From an uncultured delta proteobacterium (lineage in GTDB: Bacteria; Myxococcota_A; Polyangia; Polyangiales; JAFGIB01): a stretch of DNA of 64,000 nucleotides. Below the pieces are notes generated by a model. The model ran no database searches. It had not been told where the DNA came from and saw nothing but the letters and a program-made list of their open reading frames with translations. Of the stretch, positions 1 through 9,759 are shown one piece after another; within the stretch, counting starts at the first letter, position 1, and the number at the start of each line of letters is the position of its first letter. The stretch lies in the NCBI GenBank assembly GCA_963778655.1, contig CAVZVA010000002.1, positions 32,001 to 96,000 of the forward strand, in the 5' to 3' direction. Position numbers and translations under genes: made by a program.

Positions 1-138
1 CGACACCTCGATCGGCTCCACCTCGTGGCCGAGGGCGCGCAGCGCAGAGGTCAGCGCGGCGATGGTCGCGGGGGTGTCGAACTCCGCTTCCTCCTCGGAC
101 GCGTTGAGCTGCACGTTGTGGGTGAACGCAATGCGCAT
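1..138 (-). CDS. N-terminus of D-alanine--D-alanine ligase-like ATP-grasp protein (runs off window start)
   Basis: Not in the ORF track. Manual translation from ATG 138 gives MRIAFTHNVQLNASEEEAEFDTPATIAALTSALRALGHEVEPIEVS, resembling the N-terminus of Ddl-like proteins (AEFD.P.TI..L..AL..LGHEV). Confidence 0.7.
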   Translation of the reverse strand, partial: MRIAFTHNVQLNASEEEAEFDTPATIAALTSALRALGHEVEPIEVS

Positions 139-821
139 GACACGCGACGATACGCGAATGCGGCACGCGGGCAAAGATGGTGGCGCGCTGCGACCGCGGT
201 GAGCGGCGTATCCAGTGGCCAGCAGCGCCGACGCCAGAAGACGGTGCAGCGCATTCCCATGCCGAGGAGCTCTGGCCCCGGCCACGGCACTCGCAAGTCA
301 CAGGGCCATACTGACAACGGCTTCCGACGCGGTCCCAGGGCCGAGGCTGAACCCGCCCACAACCCCAGCCGCTGTGCGGTTGTGCGATAGGGCAGAGCTG
401 GTCGCCATCGTGCCGGACGCAGAGCCAGCTTCGGACGAATGGGTCGGCTCCCAGAGCACAGTGACAGACGACACGACGATCACGGGACGCACACGGCGCC
501 AGCACCATCACCCCCGCGGACAACGCCCACAGGACACCGGCTCGCGGGCGAGCTCGCGGTGACGGCTGCTGCATCGGCGCGGGGGCGCGTCCGGAGGCGC
601 GCTCGCGGCGAGACGAGCGCGGCGTGGCACAACCTGGCACGTGCGAGCCCATTGGCACGTCGGGCCGCAAGCCATGTGCCGCGGTACCGTGCCGCCTGCT
701 CGCCGCCAGGCAACGAGCGTACTGAGAGCGATATAAGGACACCGACCTGCGCCCGTGCCGTGTGCGATCACGCCGCGGGAGCCCGAGATCGCACGATATT
801 TTCCGCAGTCATTCTGGACAC

Positions 822-850
822 TTGACGCCTCGCGCCGCGGTTGCTAGACA
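822..850 (+). promoter_or_regulatory. Sigma70-type promoter of the tRNA pair
   Basis: TTGACG (822-827), 17-bp spacer, TAGACA (845-850), 30 nt upstream of tRNA-Lys. Confidence 0.55.
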
Positions 851-879
851 GCGCAAGCTGTGCGGCTCCAAGCGAACCC

Positions 880-952
880 GGGCCGTTAGCTCAATCGGTA
901 GAGCAGCGGGCTTTTAACCCGACGGTCGCCGGTTCGATTCCGGCACGGCCCA
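880..952 (+). tRNA. tRNA-Lys (anticodon TTT)
   Basis: Acceptor stem GGGCCGT/ACGGCCC, D-arm AGCTCAATCGGTAGAGC, anticodon loop CT-TTT-AA, T-loop GGTTCGATTCC. Confidence 0.95.
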
Positions 953-971
953 CCCGTCAAACAGCCTCACC

Positions 972-1048
972 GTCCCCATCATCTAGTTGGCCTAGGATAC
1001 CGGCTTTTCACGTCGGCGACGCGGGTTCAAATCCCGCTGGGGACGCCA
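972..1048 (+). tRNA. tRNA-Glu (anticodon TTC)
   Basis: GTCCCCA/TGGGGAC acceptor stem, anticodon loop TT-TTC-AC, T-loop GGTTCAAATCC, encoded CCA. Confidence 0.95.
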
Positions 1049-1049
1049 G

Positions 1050-1086
1050 ACCCTGGAACCGATCGGTTCCAGGGTTGTCTTCTTTC
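1050..1086 (+). terminator. Intrinsic terminator after tRNA-Glu
   Basis: Perfect 12-bp stem ACCCTGGAACCG/CGGTTCCAGGGT followed by T-rich TGTCTTCTTTC. Confidence 0.75.
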
Positions 1087-1439
1087 GGAGTGAGGAGTCG
1101 GTCGCGCGGCATTCGGTTGCCTGGGCTACGGCGGCTCGCCGAACTTGCGCGCCCGGTATCGCGATCACTTTGCCCACTTCATCGATCGTGAGCTCCGTGC
1201 CGTCAACGACTGACGCCGGCCACGCAGAAACGGCCCTCGCCTCGGGCTGGGAATCGCCCGCTAGGAGGTGGAACGTGATCAGCCTATCGGCCGGTCGGTG
1301 TCGCGGTTGCGGGCGCTCCGCCAGAAGAATGGGCTGGAACGCTGATGGATCCCCACGAAATTCTTAGTCGCCTGTTTCGGCGGACGTCGCTTCAACCCCC
1401 ATCACTAGCTGCCGGCATCCCACCGTCGCCCGCGCGGCG

Positions 1440-1635
1440 TGCTCGCAGGGCACGGCCGACTGCGACGCCGACACGAGCAACGGCTGCGAGACCTCGATCA
1501 CCAGCCCCACGAACTGCGGCGGCTGCCCCCTTCGTGGCCAGCGCCCTGTGCAACAACGGCACGTGCACCGTGGGCGCGTGGCAGGGCGGCCACGCCGACA
1601 TCGACAAGGTCTTCGACAACGGGTGCGAGGGCTGT
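1440..1635 (+). pseudogene. Frameshifted fragment of a myxobacterial Cys-rich repeat protein
   Basis: CSQGTADCDADTSNGCETSITSPTNCGGC in one frame continues as ALCNNGTCTVGAWQGGHADIDKVFDNGCE in another (two ADxD....NGCE repeats). No start or end of a gene is present. Confidence 0.6.
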
Positions 1636-2071
1636 GCCGGGGCTGCCCCAGGTCGAGAGGTGAGGGCCATCCCTACCGCGATCGCTTGTCAGACGATTGA
1701 TCATGACAGGCACACGGTCCGGGCCACTTGATGAAGCAATCGGACCGCCGCTCGACGTGCGTCTAGGCTGACCGGACTGGCAGCCCCGTTGCTGCGCGCG
1801 GCTCGCTCACGCCCGCCATCCTCGCGTGCCTCGTGGCGCCAGACGTCAGGGTCACCGGGAATTGGCCGAGCGCGGACGCCCCCTCTGTGACCCACTGCCT
1901 AGCGGAGATCCGCCATCCGGCGACGTGCGGTCATGGGCGACACGGCGTGTGTTCGCACGACTTCCCCGCGTGGTCCGGGTGCGCGAATGGAGCACAAACA
2001 CACCGTCGCATCGCGCAAGAGCTCCATGGCATGATCGCGCCCAGGTTGAGTTTTGCGTGAGGGGCGAGGGC

Positions 2072-4165
2072 ATGGCCGAGAACCGCGCGGGCAGGGTATG
2101 GATGCTTTGTTCGATCGCACTGTGGGCGATCGCGTGTGTCAACAGCGGTGGTCTGGACAGCGGAGTCGCGGGTGACAAGCAGCTCAAGAATCTGAGCAAC
2201 AAGGAGATCCAAAAAATCTGCGATGCTGCCGACGTGTTCATCGCTGCCGCGTTGCCGGTGGACGTGCAAGCTCGGGCCTCGTGCGCGCAGCAGGCGCTCA
2301 TGCCCTTCATACCGGGTCCAAGCAGTCGAGCGACCCCCGCGCCCACGGGCGACGATTATGCGATGTGTCAGGCGGCGTACCAGCAGTGCGTCGACGCACT
2401 CCAGGGTGACGGCGGCATGATCTCGAACGCGAGCATCTTGCCCCAGACGAGCAGCATGCAACTGCAGTGCTTCAGCATGAGCGAGCTCGCCTCGTGCAAG
2501 GCCACCGTGGACCAGCTGCAGAGCTGCATCCAGAACACCTACGCCGCCCAGTCGCGCGCGCTGCAGGCCGCGAGCTGCCAATTGCTCGAAACCACCGACC
2601 CGACCGCGGCCCTCAGCTTGGTTCCGATGAGCTCGAGCGCATGCGACGCGCTCGACAAGGCATGCCCGGGCCTGTCCAAATTGAGCCAGCGCGCCGGTAC
2701 TCCGATCACGAATCCGATCGGCAACCCGGTTCCGCAACAGACGCCGAACGCCAACGTCGCGTGCGCAGACCTCGGTCTGTCGTTCGACGGCAGCGATTGC
2801 AGCACCACCTCTTGCTCGACAAGCGCGTCGTGCACGTGCAGCTCGACGCCGATGAGCTACCGAACGTGCAACAGCGTGAAGGGTTGTTTGGTCAGCGCGG
2901 ATTGCTCGGTCGCGTGCACGACCTCCTCGTCGAAGGTCCAGTCGTGCGCGCAGGAAACCACGTGTCAGGACGACTCCGACTGCGGCGGCGCCTACTGCGT
3001 CAAATCGGCGAGCGCGAGCACTGGGACGTGCAGCCGCGGCAAGCCCGGCGACGCCTGCATGGAAGACGGCGATTGCCAGTCGAGCTCTTGCGCGGCCGAC
3101 AGCAGCGGCGGCTCGATGCGGTGCAAGGGCACGGCCACGTCTGGGACCACTTGCACGAGCGCCGTCGAGTGCGCGAGCGGCATCTGCGTCCAGGACTTCT
3201 CTCGCGGCACCCGCACCTGCAGCGACGGCGCCAATGGCGACCCTTGCTCGACTTCGACCGACTGCATGTCGGGCTCGTGCGTCTACACCAGCGGTACCGG
3301 CCAGCATTGTACCGATCGCATGAACGGCTCGCCGTGCTCGAGCGATAGCGACTGCGACTCCGGACATTGCGCGAGCGGCGGGGGAACCAGCTCGACCTGC
3401 GTCGCCGGCATGCCCGGCGACCCGTGCGACAGCTCGTCGGACTGCGTTTCGGGCCGTTGCGTCACGTCGCAAACCGACTTCATGGAGACGTGCGCCTATT
3501 CGTCCGGCGACACCTGCCCGGGCGGCATCGCCGATTGCAACGGCCAGTGCCGCTCGCGGCAGGCGAGCTGCAGCGGCACCAGCTGCGACGCGACCTGCAG
3601 CGCCTCGTGCAGCACGGCCACGTTCGCGACTTGGAGCGCGACCGACAAAGCCAGCGGCATCACACTCTCGAACGGCGACCTGACCGCGACCGGCAGCAGC
3701 TCGGAAGTCGCGGTACGCGCGACCGTCGGCAAGACCAGCGGCAAGTATTACTGGGAGGTCACCGCCGAGAGCGCGAGCAGCACGTATGCGGTGGTCGGTG
3801 TCATGTCGATGAGCTCGCTGCTCGACTTCGGGCTCGGCAGCGTCGGCCCTGGCGCCGGCTTCGCCGCTAGCGGCTCGATCACCTCGTATTCGAGCGGTGG
3901 CGGCACGGCGTGCATGTTCTCGAGTGGCACCGTGATCGGCGTGGCGCTCGATCTCGATTCGGGCATGGTCTACTTCAGTCTGGACGGGGTCTGGCAAGCC
4001 GGCGGCAACCCCGACTCGAGCACCGGCGGCACCGCGTTCGGCAGCACGAGCGAGGCGATGTACCCCGCGGTCAGCCTGGGCATCGGCGACGTGCTGACTG
4101 CGAACTTCGGCCAGAGCGCGTTCGCGTACGTGCCGCCGAGCGGCTTCACGGCGCTGACCCAGTGA
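2072..4165 (+). CDS. Secreted Cys-rich lipoprotein with C-terminal SPRY/B30.2-like domain
   Basis: Signal peptide with lipobox-like AIAC; tandem G..C....DC.SG.C repeats; C-terminal SPRY hallmarks (LSNGDLT, GKYYWEV, VIGVALDLDSG, YPAVS, NFG...F). Confidence 0.85.
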   Translation: MAENRAGRVWMLCSIALWAIACVNSGGLDSGVAGDKQLKNLSNKEIQKICDAADVFIAAALPVDVQARASCAQQALMPFIPGPSSRATPAPTGDDYAMCQAAYQQCVDALQGDGGMISNASILPQTSSMQLQCFSMSELASCKATVDQLQSCIQNTYAAQSRALQAASCQLLETTDPTAALSLVPMSSSACDALDKACPGLSKLSQRAGTPITNPIGNPVPQQTPNANVACADLGLSFDGSDCSTTSCSTSASCTCSSTPMSYRTCNSVKGCLVSADCSVACTTSSSKVQSCAQETTCQDDSDCGGAYCVKSASASTGTCSRGKPGDACMEDGDCQSSSCAADSSGGSMRCKGTATSGTTCTSAVECASGICVQDFSRGTRTCSDGANGDPCSTSTDCMSGSCVYTSGTGQHCTDRMNGSPCSSDSDCDSGHCASGGGTSSTCVAGMPGDPCDSSSDCVSGRCVTSQTDFMETCAYSSGDTCPGGIADCNGQCRSRQASCSGTSCDATCSASCSTATFATWSATDKASGITLSNGDLTATGSSSEVAVRATVGKTSGKYYWEVTAESASSTYAVVGVMSMSSLLDFGLGSVGPGAGFAASGSITSYSSGGGTACMFSSGTVIGVALDLDSGMVYFSLDGVWQAGGNPDSSTGGTAFGSTSEAMYPAVSLGIGDVLTANFGQSAFAYVPPSGFTALTQ

Positions 4166-4226
4166 CGAGACCACCTTCGTATGCGATCGCGCGCGGCGAT
4201 CGCCCCCTTCGAGAGGAGACTGCAAA

Positions 4227-5747
4227 GTGAAGACATCTAGGGGCTGTCGCAAGTTGCCACTGCAGTTGCTGTGCGCGATCGCGATGCTTGCGCTCGCCTT
4301 GTCGATCCCGGGCAGGGCCCGGGCCGACGCCAGAAGCGCCGGCCTAGCGGGCAGCTTGCTGATCGAGAACCGGGATGACGTCTACTTCTTTCCGCAGCTC
4401 ACGCTCACCTACCCGAACCAGATCGCCTTCTCCTACGGCGCGGGCCAAAACGCGGGCAACGGCCTGTTGCTGATGGGCAGCGACACCTTCCAGTTCGGCG
4501 TGTCGGTGCACCGCGGCGACGTGCTGTCGCCGATGATGATCAACGGACTGACCGGCACGACCGGCCCGGCGAGCCTATTCGGCGTCAACGAGCTGGCCAA
4601 TCTGAATGGTCCGACCAGCGTGTTCGGCGCGCCGTTCGGCGTCACGCCAGCGGCGATCCTCGACCTGCTGTTCGGAGCACGCGCGGGGGGCGGCGATCTC
4701 GGCTTTCGCGTCGGCGTTGGCAGCGGCTCGACCAACACCACCACTGCCGGCATGGACACCGGTCAAAACGACACATTCTTGATGGGCGAGGTCGGCTACG
4801 GCTGGGGTACGCGCGGTCAGACCTCGCGCTTCGATCTGAGCGGCGCGGTCGCGCTCGACTTCGCGGGACAGCAAGCGGCCGGTACCGACGTTTCGTCCGG
4901 CACCCACTTCGGCGTGTCTGGCCTGATGCGCGGCTTCATTCCGATGGATCGCGCGCTCGACCTCGGTGTTCTGGTGAACGGCCAGGTCGCCGACACCTCG
5001 GTCACCAACAAGACCGCAGCGGGCAGTCCTGCCGCGACCACGCTCGCGGTCAACGTCGGCGGCGGCGTGGGTCCGGCGTTTCGCTTCGGCCGCGTGCAGG
5101 TCGCGGGCTACGCCGTGGTACGCGCGCTTGTGCTGAACGTCGACCCGAACAACAACGCGAACAACGACGACGTCACGACGCACACGGTGGTACTCCCTGG
5201 CGTGCACATGGCGGTCGAGGTCCCGGTGACGAATTGGTTCTTCGTGCGCACCGGCGCAGAGTACGCGTTCAACATCCGCGGCACCGATGCGCCATCGAAC
5301 AACGGCACGAGCGCGCGCGACGGGAGCTTCGGCTGGAACGCAGGTTTCGGCGCGTGGATCGATCAGTTCCGTTTCGACGGGTCGCTGCAGCATGGGTTCG
5401 TCACCAGCGGTCCCAACTTCCTCGGCGGCGGCAGCGGCTTCCTCGCGATCGCGACGCTCAGTTACAGCTTCGACAAGGCGCGCAAGGAAGCCCTCGAGGT
5501 TCATGCGCCTCCGCCTCCGCCTCCGCCTCCGCCTCCGCCTCCGCCTGCGCCTGCGCCGCCGCCTCCGCCTCCGCCGCCGCCCGAGCCGGTCGCGCCGGAA
5601 CCCGCGTCCGCGCTCGGCGGCGGGTTGCAAGCGCCTGCGAATGGAGCGGTCGAGGGTGGCGCGGGGATCAGCACCCAACCCGCGCCCGCGCCGGAACCCG
5701 CGCCCGAACCGGTGCCTGCACCCGCACGCCGCCACCACCACCACTGA
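4227..5747 (+). CDS. Predicted outer-membrane beta-barrel protein with poly-Pro C-terminal tail
   Basis: Signal peptide (ARA-D), alternating amphipathic Gly/aromatic strands ending TLSYSF, then a Pro-rich tail ending RRHHHH. Confidence 0.75.
   Translation: MKTSRGCRKLPLQLLCAIAMLALALSIPGRARADARSAGLAGSLLIENRDDVYFFPQLTLTYPNQIAFSYGAGQNAGNGLLLMGSDTFQFGVSVHRGDVLSPMMINGLTGTTGPASLFGVNELANLNGPTSVFGAPFGVTPAAILDLLFGARAGGGDLGFRVGVGSGSTNTTTAGMDTGQNDTFLMGEVGYGWGTRGQTSRFDLSGAVALDFAGQQAAGTDVSSGTHFGVSGLMRGFIPMDRALDLGVLVNGQVADTSVTNKTAAGSPAATTLAVNVGGGVGPAFRFGRVQVAGYAVVRALVLNVDPNNNANNDDVTTHTVVLPGVHMAVEVPVTNWFFVRTGAEYAFNIRGTDAPSNNGTSARDGSFGWNAGFGAWIDQFRFDGSLQHGFVTSGPNFLGGGSGFLAIATLSYSFDKARKEALEVHAPPPPPPPPPPPPPAPAPPPPPPPPPEPVAPEPASALGGGLQAPANGAVEGGAGISTQPAPAPEPAPEPVPAPARRHHHH
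5508..5582 (+). repeat. (CCTCCG)n hexamer repeat encoding poly-proline
   Basis: Six perfect CCTCCG units at 5508-5543, then degenerate units. Encodes P13-APA-P9. Confidence 0.9.
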
Positions 5748-5839
5748 TTGGCACCGCGGCGAAGTGCTGTGAGACGGCGCGCCCGGCAGGCGCGCGAGAT
5801 GATCGAGGTGGATGCCATGCAGAGCTGACTTCGAAGCTG

Positions 5840-6222
5840 GCGGTCGGGACCTGCCTGCCGTCGAGCTCGAACGTGCGCGAGCCTTCGATGGCTTGCTCGA
5901 AATCGACGCCATCGATGCTGGTGAGCACTTCGATCAGGTTCGGCTTCACGCCCATACGGTAGCCGTAGCCTGGGTGGGCGAACAAGCCCTCCGTGACGCC
6001 GTGTGCGGCGACGGGCGCGCCAAACGTTGCGAGCGCCGCGAACACGCGCCGTGCATTCTCGGGGCTCGGCCGAACGAAGAGATCCATGTCGTCGGTGCCA
6101 CGCGCGTATCCATGCAGCGCGAGTGCCCACCCGCCGACCAAGACGAAGTCCACGTCGCCATCCACGAACGCGACGAGGAGATCGCGAAAGTCGTCGACGA
6201 GCAGTGGCTCACCGGTGGTCAA
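5840..6222 (-). pseudogene. 3'-truncated nucleotidyltransferase-fold protein (DUF6036-like)
   Basis: VLVGGWALALHGYARGTDDMDLFV motif. Recognisable similarity stops near GRQVP; the expected K...GR.KD..D tail is absent and the frame reads on into the antisense of the neighbouring gene. Confidence 0.65.
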
Positions 6223-6442
6223 GCGCGAGGATCTCCCCGGGCCACTCGGCGCGCGGTCGGGGCGCTTCGGTCTTGCCGCTCATAGTTGCGAGCCGACGCG
6301 AGAGCGCAGTCATGTGTGTCAGACGCGCGGCCAGATCGAGCTCTTCGTACAGCGCGGGCTTGGGCGTGCCTGCGATCACGATTTCGCCCGCGTACTCGCG
6401 TCGCCGTCGCGCTGCCCTCGCTGCTGCGTCCGCATCGTCCAT
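6209..6442 (-). CDS. Small hypothetical protein, partner of the downstream nucleotidyltransferase
   Basis: 77-aa ORF overlapping the start of the NTase gene by 14 nt, a TA-like two-gene arrangement. Confidence 0.6.
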   Translation of the reverse strand: MDDADAAARAARRRREYAGEIVIAGTPKPALYEELDLAARLTHMTALSRRLATMSGKTEAPRPRAEWPGEILALDHR

Positions 6443-6627
6443 GGCATATTCAGCATACCACGTCAGACTGCGTGGTCACGACGCGAGTCGCCCACGAATC
6501 GGCAGCTGTTTCAACGAGATAGAGCGGGCGCAACAGGCTGCAACGTGGCCCCCCGGATCAGGCGGCTGGCTCAGCCCGCGGCGATCTCCGCCAGCGCGGT
6601 TCCAAGATCGTCTAGGATCAGCAAAAC

Positions 6628-7392
6628 GTGTTCGCGCCGCACCGCGGCCGGGGCTACGCAACGCGCGCGGTCCATCTCCTCATGCACCATCTCGCGATGC
6701 GGACTACCCGGCGCTCCGTCACGCTGCTGATCGACGCTGGCAACGACCGCTCGCTCGCAGTCGCCGAGCGCGCGGGGTTTGCGCAGAGTGACGCGTCGCC
6801 CGGCCACCGTCCTGGCCAGCGATGCTTCAAGCGGCCGGTGCCGCCGATCAGCTACAGCGATGAATCCATCACGATCCGGCGCCAGCGCGTCGAGGATTTG
6901 GAGGTGCACCTCGAAGCCACAGACGATGAGCAGATCCGCTGGCTCTGGCTCCCCGGCGAGCGGGAACGCTGGGAGGCGATGACGCCGGTTGCGCAGCGCA
7001 CCGACGTCGCGCGCGGGCTAGAGGCCAATCACGACGCGTTCGGCACGGGCCCCAAGTGGACGTTCGCGGTCGACGCGGCCGATACCGAATACGTCGCCTG
7101 CGTCGACTGCGATCTCGCAAACGAGCACGTCCCGCGCGGCGAGGCGAACGTCGCCTACTCGACGCACCCCGCGCACCGCCGCCGTGGCTACGCCACCCGG
7201 GCGGTGCACCTCGTCTCGCGTTTCGTGCGCGACCACACCGGCGCGCGCGAGGTGCACATCCTGGTCGACGCCGAAAACGGCGCCTCGCTGCGGGTCGTGC
7301 GAGCGGTCGGCGCGCGCGAGCGGCAGCGCTGGCTCAACGACCTGGGCCGGACGACAATCCGTCATGTGCTCGACGCCAGACGCGCGCCGTAG
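6628..7392 (+). pseudogene. 5'-truncated tandem GNAT (RimJ/RimL-type) acetyltransferase
   Basis: Two acetyl-CoA motifs (HRGRGYATRAVHL and HRRRGYATRAVHL), each followed by N..S..V. The ORF begins inside the first domain. Confidence 0.7.
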
Positions 7393-7963
7393 GTCGCGCT
7401 GCGGCACTCGACCAGTGCATCGCGACATCGCTCGATAGGCACAGCCCGAGCCGATCGCGTCGACCAATGCACGCGCCTGGGTCATACGAAAGCGTCGCGC
7501 GTCACCGGCTTCAAAGGGGTCTACACTGGTTAGGTTTGGCCGGCGGGCCCCGCAGCTTCTCCGTTTGCCCCGATGGCACAGTGCAACTACGGAGGACCTT
7601 CCCTACCCTCCTCCTGAGCGCCGGTTCCAAGAACACGCTGCCCGAGAGAACGCACTGCGGAGAAAACGCGCAGGCAGATGATCCAGGCAGCCAAGCGTCT
7701 TCGCGATTGCTCTCGTCAGTGAAGTAGTTATCTCCGTCCCGTCTTGTCTCTGGCTCGCGCTCGCGGTGGGCCTGCTCGCCGTCGCGGGCGTGTTGCTGCT
7801 TTGGGTGCGCCGCACCGCCCGCGTGCCGATCGAAGCGCTGCAGCTGCAGCTCAGCCACCCGCCGCTGGCGCTGAGCGCCGCGCCAGAGCGAGCCGCCGAA
7901 ACCTGCGCCCCCAACCGACCAGGTCCCCTGTGTCGAGGGACCAAATGCTAGGGCGTGCTCTAA

Positions 7964-8004
7964 ATCACGATTCGGGATCGGCATGGCCGTTCCCGAATCG
8001 TGAT
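7964..8004. terminator. Long hairpin downstream of the dsrE-like gene (terminator or MITE remnant)
   Basis: ATCACGATTCGGGA/TCCCGAATCGTGAT perfect 14-bp arms plus a CGGC/GCCG inner stem. Confidence 0.55.
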
Positions 8005-8011
8005 CGGTTAT

Positions 8012-8380
8012 TTAGAAGGAGAGCGAGGCGGCTCCGGCGAGCAGGCGCTCGTGCAGCACGCTGGCGCCTGTGATCTTCACCCCTTCGATGAAGTCTTCTT
8101 GCGCGTAGCCACGCGCCCTGACGCAGGGCGTACAGGCCCAGATGGTGCCGCCGCGACGCAGGAAGTCTTCGATCAGGGCCTTGAGCGGGTCGAGCGGCGC
8201 CACCTGAGTCAGCTCCACGGCCCGCCTGCGCACCAGATCGACCGCGGCGCTGGTCAGAAACGCATGAACCTTGAAGCCGGACGTGATACCCCCATTGGCG
8301 ATGGTGAAGGCGACCGACGACGCTTCGTGGTCCGCACCCTTGCTCATCAGGACGACTAGCTCTTTGGGCGTTTCGGGCAT
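8012..8380 (-). CDS. DsrE/DsrF-like family protein
   Basis: 122 aa from ATG 8380 with FLT..AV and IWACTPC...RG motifs. The longer ORF-track call is antisense to the AraC gene. Confidence 0.85.
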   Translation of the reverse strand: MPETPKELVVLMSKGADHEASSVAFTIANGGITSGFKVHAFLTSAAVDLVRRRAVELTQVAPLDPLKALIEDFLRRGGTIWACTPCVRARGYAQEDFIEGVKITGASVLHERLLAGAASLSF

Positions 8381-8557
8381 GGTTGTGCTCCCTCGCTTCG
8401 GGTGGGTGTGGCGCCACCCGGGTCCGCCACGGCTCTGCAGCGCAGGGCCGAAGTCACTGTGGATCCAGCACCAGGGGCGCGTCCTGCCCCAGCGTCCGAA
8501 GCTCTTGCCCGAGGCACCGAACCTGGACGAGCCCCCGCGCTCGGGAGGGGAGTAGTC

Positions 8558-9526
8558 GTGGACGTCTTGTCCGACGTGCTGCGCGTGGTCCGATTGCAGG
8601 GCGCGCTGTTCCTGAACGCCGAATTCCACGAGCCCTGGTGCGTGGCGGCGCCGGGCGGCGCGGATCTCTCGCGCATCCTCGCACCCGGCCGGGAGCATGT
8701 GGCGATCTGCCACCTGATCGTCGAAGGGCGCTGCTGGGCCGGCCTGCAGGAGGGGAACACCTTGCCGCTCGAGGCGGGCGACGTCGTGGTGCTGCCGCAC
8801 GGCGACCCCCATCTGCTCGGAAGCGGGATGCAACACGCGCAGGTGGCGCGGCGTGACGCGGTCGAGCTGAAGCTGCCCGAGCTGACCCGCACGCGCTACG
8901 GCGGGCACGGTGCCGCCACCGTCGCCTTTTGCGGGTGGTTCGCATACGAACGGCACCTGGACAGCCCCGCGATGACCGCGCTGCCGCGCATCTTCTCGAC
9001 CAACATCAGGCGCCGCCCTTCGGCCGCGTGGCTGGAGAGCGCGATCGCGTACGCGGTGGTCGAGGCGGCATCGGGACGCACCGGCTCCAACGTCGTCACG
9101 GACAAGCTGGCCGAAGTGCTGTTCGTGGAGGCGCTGCGCGGATATGCCGAGTCGCTGCCCGAGACTCAGACCGGCTGGCTGGCGGGGCTGCGGGATCCGC
9201 TGGTCGGGCGCTGCATCGCGCTCTTGCACGAGCGTCCGGCGCACGCCTGGACCGTTGGATCGCTGGCGCACGAGGTCAGCACGTCACGCTCGGTGTTGGC
9301 GGAACGCTTCGTCGCGCTGATCGGCATTCCGCCGATGCACTACCTCACCCAGTGGCGGCTTGCACTCGCGGCCCATCTGCTACGCGACGACCACCTGAGC
9401 CTCGGCGCCATCGCCGAGCAGATCGGCTACGAGTCCGAGGCGGCGTTCAGCCGTGCCTTCAAGCGCAGGTACGGCAGGCCGCCGGGCAGCTGGCGCAAGC
9501 TGGGCCGCGCCGGAGACGACGCCTGA
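8558..9526 (+). CDS. AraC family regulator with Cupin_6 domain (RclR-like)
   Basis: MDVLSDVL start, GDVVVLPHG..H, GWLAGLRDP, and C-terminal IGYESEAAFSRAFKR. GGGAGG RBS. Confidence 0.9.
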   Translation: MDVLSDVLRVVRLQGALFLNAEFHEPWCVAAPGGADLSRILAPGREHVAICHLIVEGRCWAGLQEGNTLPLEAGDVVVLPHGDPHLLGSGMQHAQVARRDAVELKLPELTRTRYGGHGAATVAFCGWFAYERHLDSPAMTALPRIFSTNIRRRPSAAWLESAIAYAVVEAASGRTGSNVVTDKLAEVLFVEALRGYAESLPETQTGWLAGLRDPLVGRCIALLHERPAHAWTVGSLAHEVSTSRSVLAERFVALIGIPPMHYLTQWRLALAAHLLRDDHLSLGAIAEQIGYESEAAFSRAFKRRYGRPPGSWRKLGRAGDDA

Positions 9527-9759
9527 GGCCACGCCACGCGGCCCTGCTGCGCTGCCTGGAATCGGTCCTCGATACATCGACCTGCCCCCCGTCACGGGGG
9601 CGAGCCGCTCATGGTCGTTCGCGGGCCTGTCCGGCATCGCCCAACATGGCGTCAGCCCAGCGGAATTCTTTCCGAGTCCCTTGCAAATCCGCGACATCCC
9701 CACGTTCCGTCGCGGCGTGCACGCCGAACCGGCGACCGCTCGCTCGCCAGATAACGAAG

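Noticed and set aside
140..820. Several 60-130 aa ORFs or a possible ncRNA between the ddl-like gene and the tRNAs
   Set aside because: No recognisable protein motif or RNA family signature.
6590..6627. LLILDDLGT on the minus strand resembling an IstB/DnaC Walker B
   Set aside because: About nine codons with no other ATPase motif; cannot be told apart from chance.
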